A stretch of DNA of 37,857 nt from Tubiluchus corallicola (lineage: Eukaryota; Animalia; Priapulida): positions 1 through 37,857 of the forward strand of contig JAQGDQ010001497.1 of assembly GCA_030141605.1 (NCBI GenBank). Direction: 5' to 3'. Below, piece after piece: positions 34,401 through 37,857 of this stretch; positions within the stretch are counted from its first letter, which is position 1; every line of letters starts with the position of its first letter. Position numbers and translations under genes: made by a program. The notes below the pieces were generated by a model that saw only the letters and a list, made by a program, of their open reading frames with translations, searched no databases and was not told where the DNA came from.

Positions 34401-37400
34401 TGTGGAATAAGGTTTGTACGTGCATCTGTCTGATGTATCACGGAGACTATTACAAATCTCTGTGGAGATTTTATTAGACGTCTCCTGTTTTAGAAGTACC
34501 AGGTGAACCTCTAGGGATTACAAATCTCCGGATGTGGAACAAGGTTTGCACTTGCATCAACAATCTTATGTACCGTGGAGGCTATTACAAATCTCTGGAG
34601 ATTTCATTAGACATTTCACCTGTTTTAGAAGTATCAGGTGAACCTCCAGAGATGATTAGATCATATGGCACTGGCTCAACTAATCAGCTTGTATTTAAGC
34701 CATGCCCTGATGTAGGACAAAATTACTGTGCCACATCTATGGCTGTGCATGAAAGTCAACATGTTGAAAACATGAGTGATGATAAGAAAGAAGGAATAAT
34801 TCTGGCAAAAGCTTTGCTCAATGATGACCTTTATTCTCAGCAAGCGGAAACCATTGATAACCTAAAGCAAAAAAAAATCCAAGAATGATTTCATGCATAC
34901 ATTTTGTATGCTGAAATTCCATCCCAACAGTCTTATAGATTCTTACGTAGTAGAAACGGCTTCAATTCCTGAAGCCAGCTGCCATCAGAATGACTTACAA
35001 TGGAAGGACGACGAAGTTTTGAATCGAGTTTTGGGGATATTCACCTACATTTGAGAATGCTGCATAAAAAGCACATGCCTCACCACCTTCTTGAAGGTGT
35101 AAATGTACTTGAAGAACATGCCAATAAGGATATTGATGATATGTCTCTTTTGGACTTGATGGACATATGCGCAGAAGACATTTGTGCTCATGTCAGAGAA
35201 AACACTGTACCAACTAACCTTGGGGGGGTCCCAATTGGGAACAACTTCATCAGTGGTCTCATGCACGGTTGAAAGGTGTGGGTATTTTATAGATTATTAG
35301 CAACAATAGTGTTTTTAGATCATTTCAAACTTTTGCTTGCATTGTTAAACTTTCTGCATTTTTTAAGTTTTTAATAACTTAAAATCTTCATTTACTATCT
35401 GTTCTGCTACACAAGGTACATGTGGGAAATCTGTAAAATTGTTTTTCGTTTATTTTTTGGAAGATTAGAATAACATCTGTGCTGTTCTACGTGCAAAAAA
35501 ATTATACTGGGTAGCGCAAAACAGAATCCCAACTGAGCAAGGCAGCATTGAATGGAAATTGCCTGAAGAATATTTTGTAATGAGTTCTTCTGGATTATGT
35601 AGCCCACACTAGCAAAGGTTATTTACCATCCTGCACACAGTGGAAAAGATTTTCATGCCATCATGTATTTTGACTAATAGTGCTAAAATTTTTGGCTAAT
35701 TGTACGACTTCATGTGCGCATAATGTGCGGTTTAATTTTAATCAAATTTTAATTTAATTGAATTTTTCCAATCAAATATACATTGTTAAAAGTAATTAGC
35801 AATGGCACATTTTGTTATAAAAATTTGTAAATTCTTGTAATATGAATGAAAAATTCCTTAAATCTCACTTTCGTTGCAGTCAACTAAACCACAACAAATT
35901 TTATATAATTTTTATTAAAAAGAGAAAAAGTGATTTTAATGTTTATCACAAAAAACTTTCCACACAAAGTCTTATTACTTAGTATATAAGGTTACATGAT
36001 TGATGGACACTGTGCTAACTAGAAAAGGAAATTCTAAATAATTTAAAATGTTCCCACCAACTGTTAAGGCGGCATTGAAGCGCCTTCCCAGTGTGCACCA
36101 CTGATTCACCAAAAACGCATTATTGATCCTATTGACAACACAAAGTAATGTATACATTTGTTTAGCTACTGAAGGGTGTCCTATTCTTCAAAGGTTACCC
36201 AATGTTATCTAAACTTTATTCAAATGTCTTGCCTTTGAAGTTTAAAGTTTTATACAGCATTACTGCTTATATAGGTTTTGTGCACAATAAAGTAGCGTGT
36301 AAGTGATAAGAAATTTGAAAATTAAGATAATTTATTCCTATTTTTTTTAATTAATTTCTTTTTTTCCTGCTAATGTGCAATGAAAACGTTGATTTTTTCT
36401 TATTAAAAATGATATAAAGTTTTCTGATATCATTAGACATTTACCAAACTCATGCCATTGTTCTTATTAAGAATTTGTAAACTATTACACCATAATAAGA
36501 AAGATAACTATATATTTGTACATATAAGGGTTTGGCGGAATTAGGCCTACCTAAAAGTGTAGTTGGCAAACTGTATATTTGTGGTTTGGGTTGGTGTGTT
36601 GTTGGTGTTTTTACAGTTCATACTATAAACAAATTAATTGAACCATTTAGTACAGATTGTGTTTTGTGTGGCAAATGCCAAGTGTGTGGACATTCGACAA
36701 GTATATCAAAAAGGAAGGCGTTTCTTTGAAGACTGTTCTAAAAAGGGCTATTTGGTCCCAGCTAGAGCTCAATACTTTCTGCTTTTTGTTCCTCTTCTGC
36801 ATCAAAAGGGCTCTGTGCGATTTTCTTGCATTTTCCGTTTAAGTTGTTTCAAATGTTCTATGTCAAGATGTTTAAGATCTGTTGACTCTGGTATAATTCT
36901 GCTGTGTATATATGAGTAAATGAATAGTTTGCTGCCCCTGTTAAAGGCTTAATACATTAACTGTAATTGTTTTTCGTATGTGCCTAGTTGACATTGTTTC
37001 GATGTTTGATCTGCAAAAGTTTTATGGCCATAATTCGAAAAAACTAAAACTTGAAACTTTTATAGTCAAAAGTTAAAGCATTATAATGCCATGTTGTGCT
37101 GCCATCCATTGCATACTTTATACATCAACCTGGCTGTTTTTTTTCAGTTGATTATTAGCTTTGGATAATTATTGTTTGGATAATTAAATTTTTAATCTGC
37201 AAAAGCTTACATGCAAGGACTAATACAGAGAAACTTCAGCCATGTGTTTGTAGGGCACTTGCTTTTGATATTATTGTAATCAAAACTTCGGTGCATTTTT
37301 TCTGTGCCACCCGATATTAGATTCTATTTTGTATATACAGTGTAGTACTTTTGTGTAAACTAAATTATTGCTTTTTTTATTTTTAGCACATTGTTCCAGC

Positions 37401-37857
37401 TCCAGTTGGACCAGATGTTTGTGAGGCAGCCTGCTACCCACAGGCATTCCACCCAGAGGAGCTTCATCGATCGTCGACCTCCGTGGGTAGCAGTGACTCG
37501 GAGGACTCCGTTGCCAGGGGTATCGTGGAGTGACAGGAGGGCATTCGTTTCAGGAAGGAGCATGGGTTTGCTCTTCCTGGATACCCCTGGTTACCGTCGC
37601 CTGGCCGTCCCAGGGGGCGGTCTCGTTCAGATGAGGAGGAAGAGGAGCAGGAGCATGTCCGGCGTGTTCTGGAGGAAACTCTGGGTCTTCCACATATGAA
37701 GACCTCGTATCCAGTCGAACTACAGCTGCTACCCACAGGCGTTCCACCCTGAGGAGCTTCATCGTTCGTCGACCTCCTCCGTGGGTAGCAGCGACTCGGA
37801 GGACTCCGTTGCCAGGGGTATCGAGGAGTGGCAGGAGGGCTTCGTTTCAGGAAGGAG
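34401..37857. repeat. Second copy of a duplication with about 10.6 kb period (first copy starts at 23798), running off the window
   Basis: 34401-37722 is colinear and near-identical to 23798-27702; filler CTACCTA at the junction. Confidence 0.95.

Noticed and set aside
13534-37857. Helitron or Polinton as carrier of the mosaic
   Set aside because: No Rep/helicase, pPolB, integrase or capsid motifs, and no convincing Helitron terminal hairpin seen; not excluded beyond the window

Overview
AT-rich eukaryotic (probably invertebrate) genomic DNA; no prokaryotic features. Left part (1-13.5 kb): four minus-strand exons of a host gene (acidic N-terminus, faintly LRRIQ1-like, probably continuing left of the window) with MITE-filled introns. 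It is followed by a 25-bp minisatellite, an internally deleted Gypsy-type LTR element with an inverted gag duplication, and a degenerate CR1/L2-group LINE cut off inside RT. Right part (13.5 kb to end): a mosaic of short captured fragments lying mostly behind an hAT terminus at 15555. These include a Sola-like transposase, RT and hAT pieces, an intact intronless 314-aa ORF resembling a negative-strand RNA virus phosphoprotein gene, ankyrin plus cGAS/Mab-21-like (cGLR) fragments, a Gln-rich exon and homogenised C2H2 zinc-finger arrays. The mosaic is amplified by nested tandem duplications (about 4.4/2.5 kb, 10.6 kb and 2.9 kb); one has an intact DD41D Tc1/mariner element exactly at its junction. 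All family assignments are from motif recognition by eye; no searches were run.
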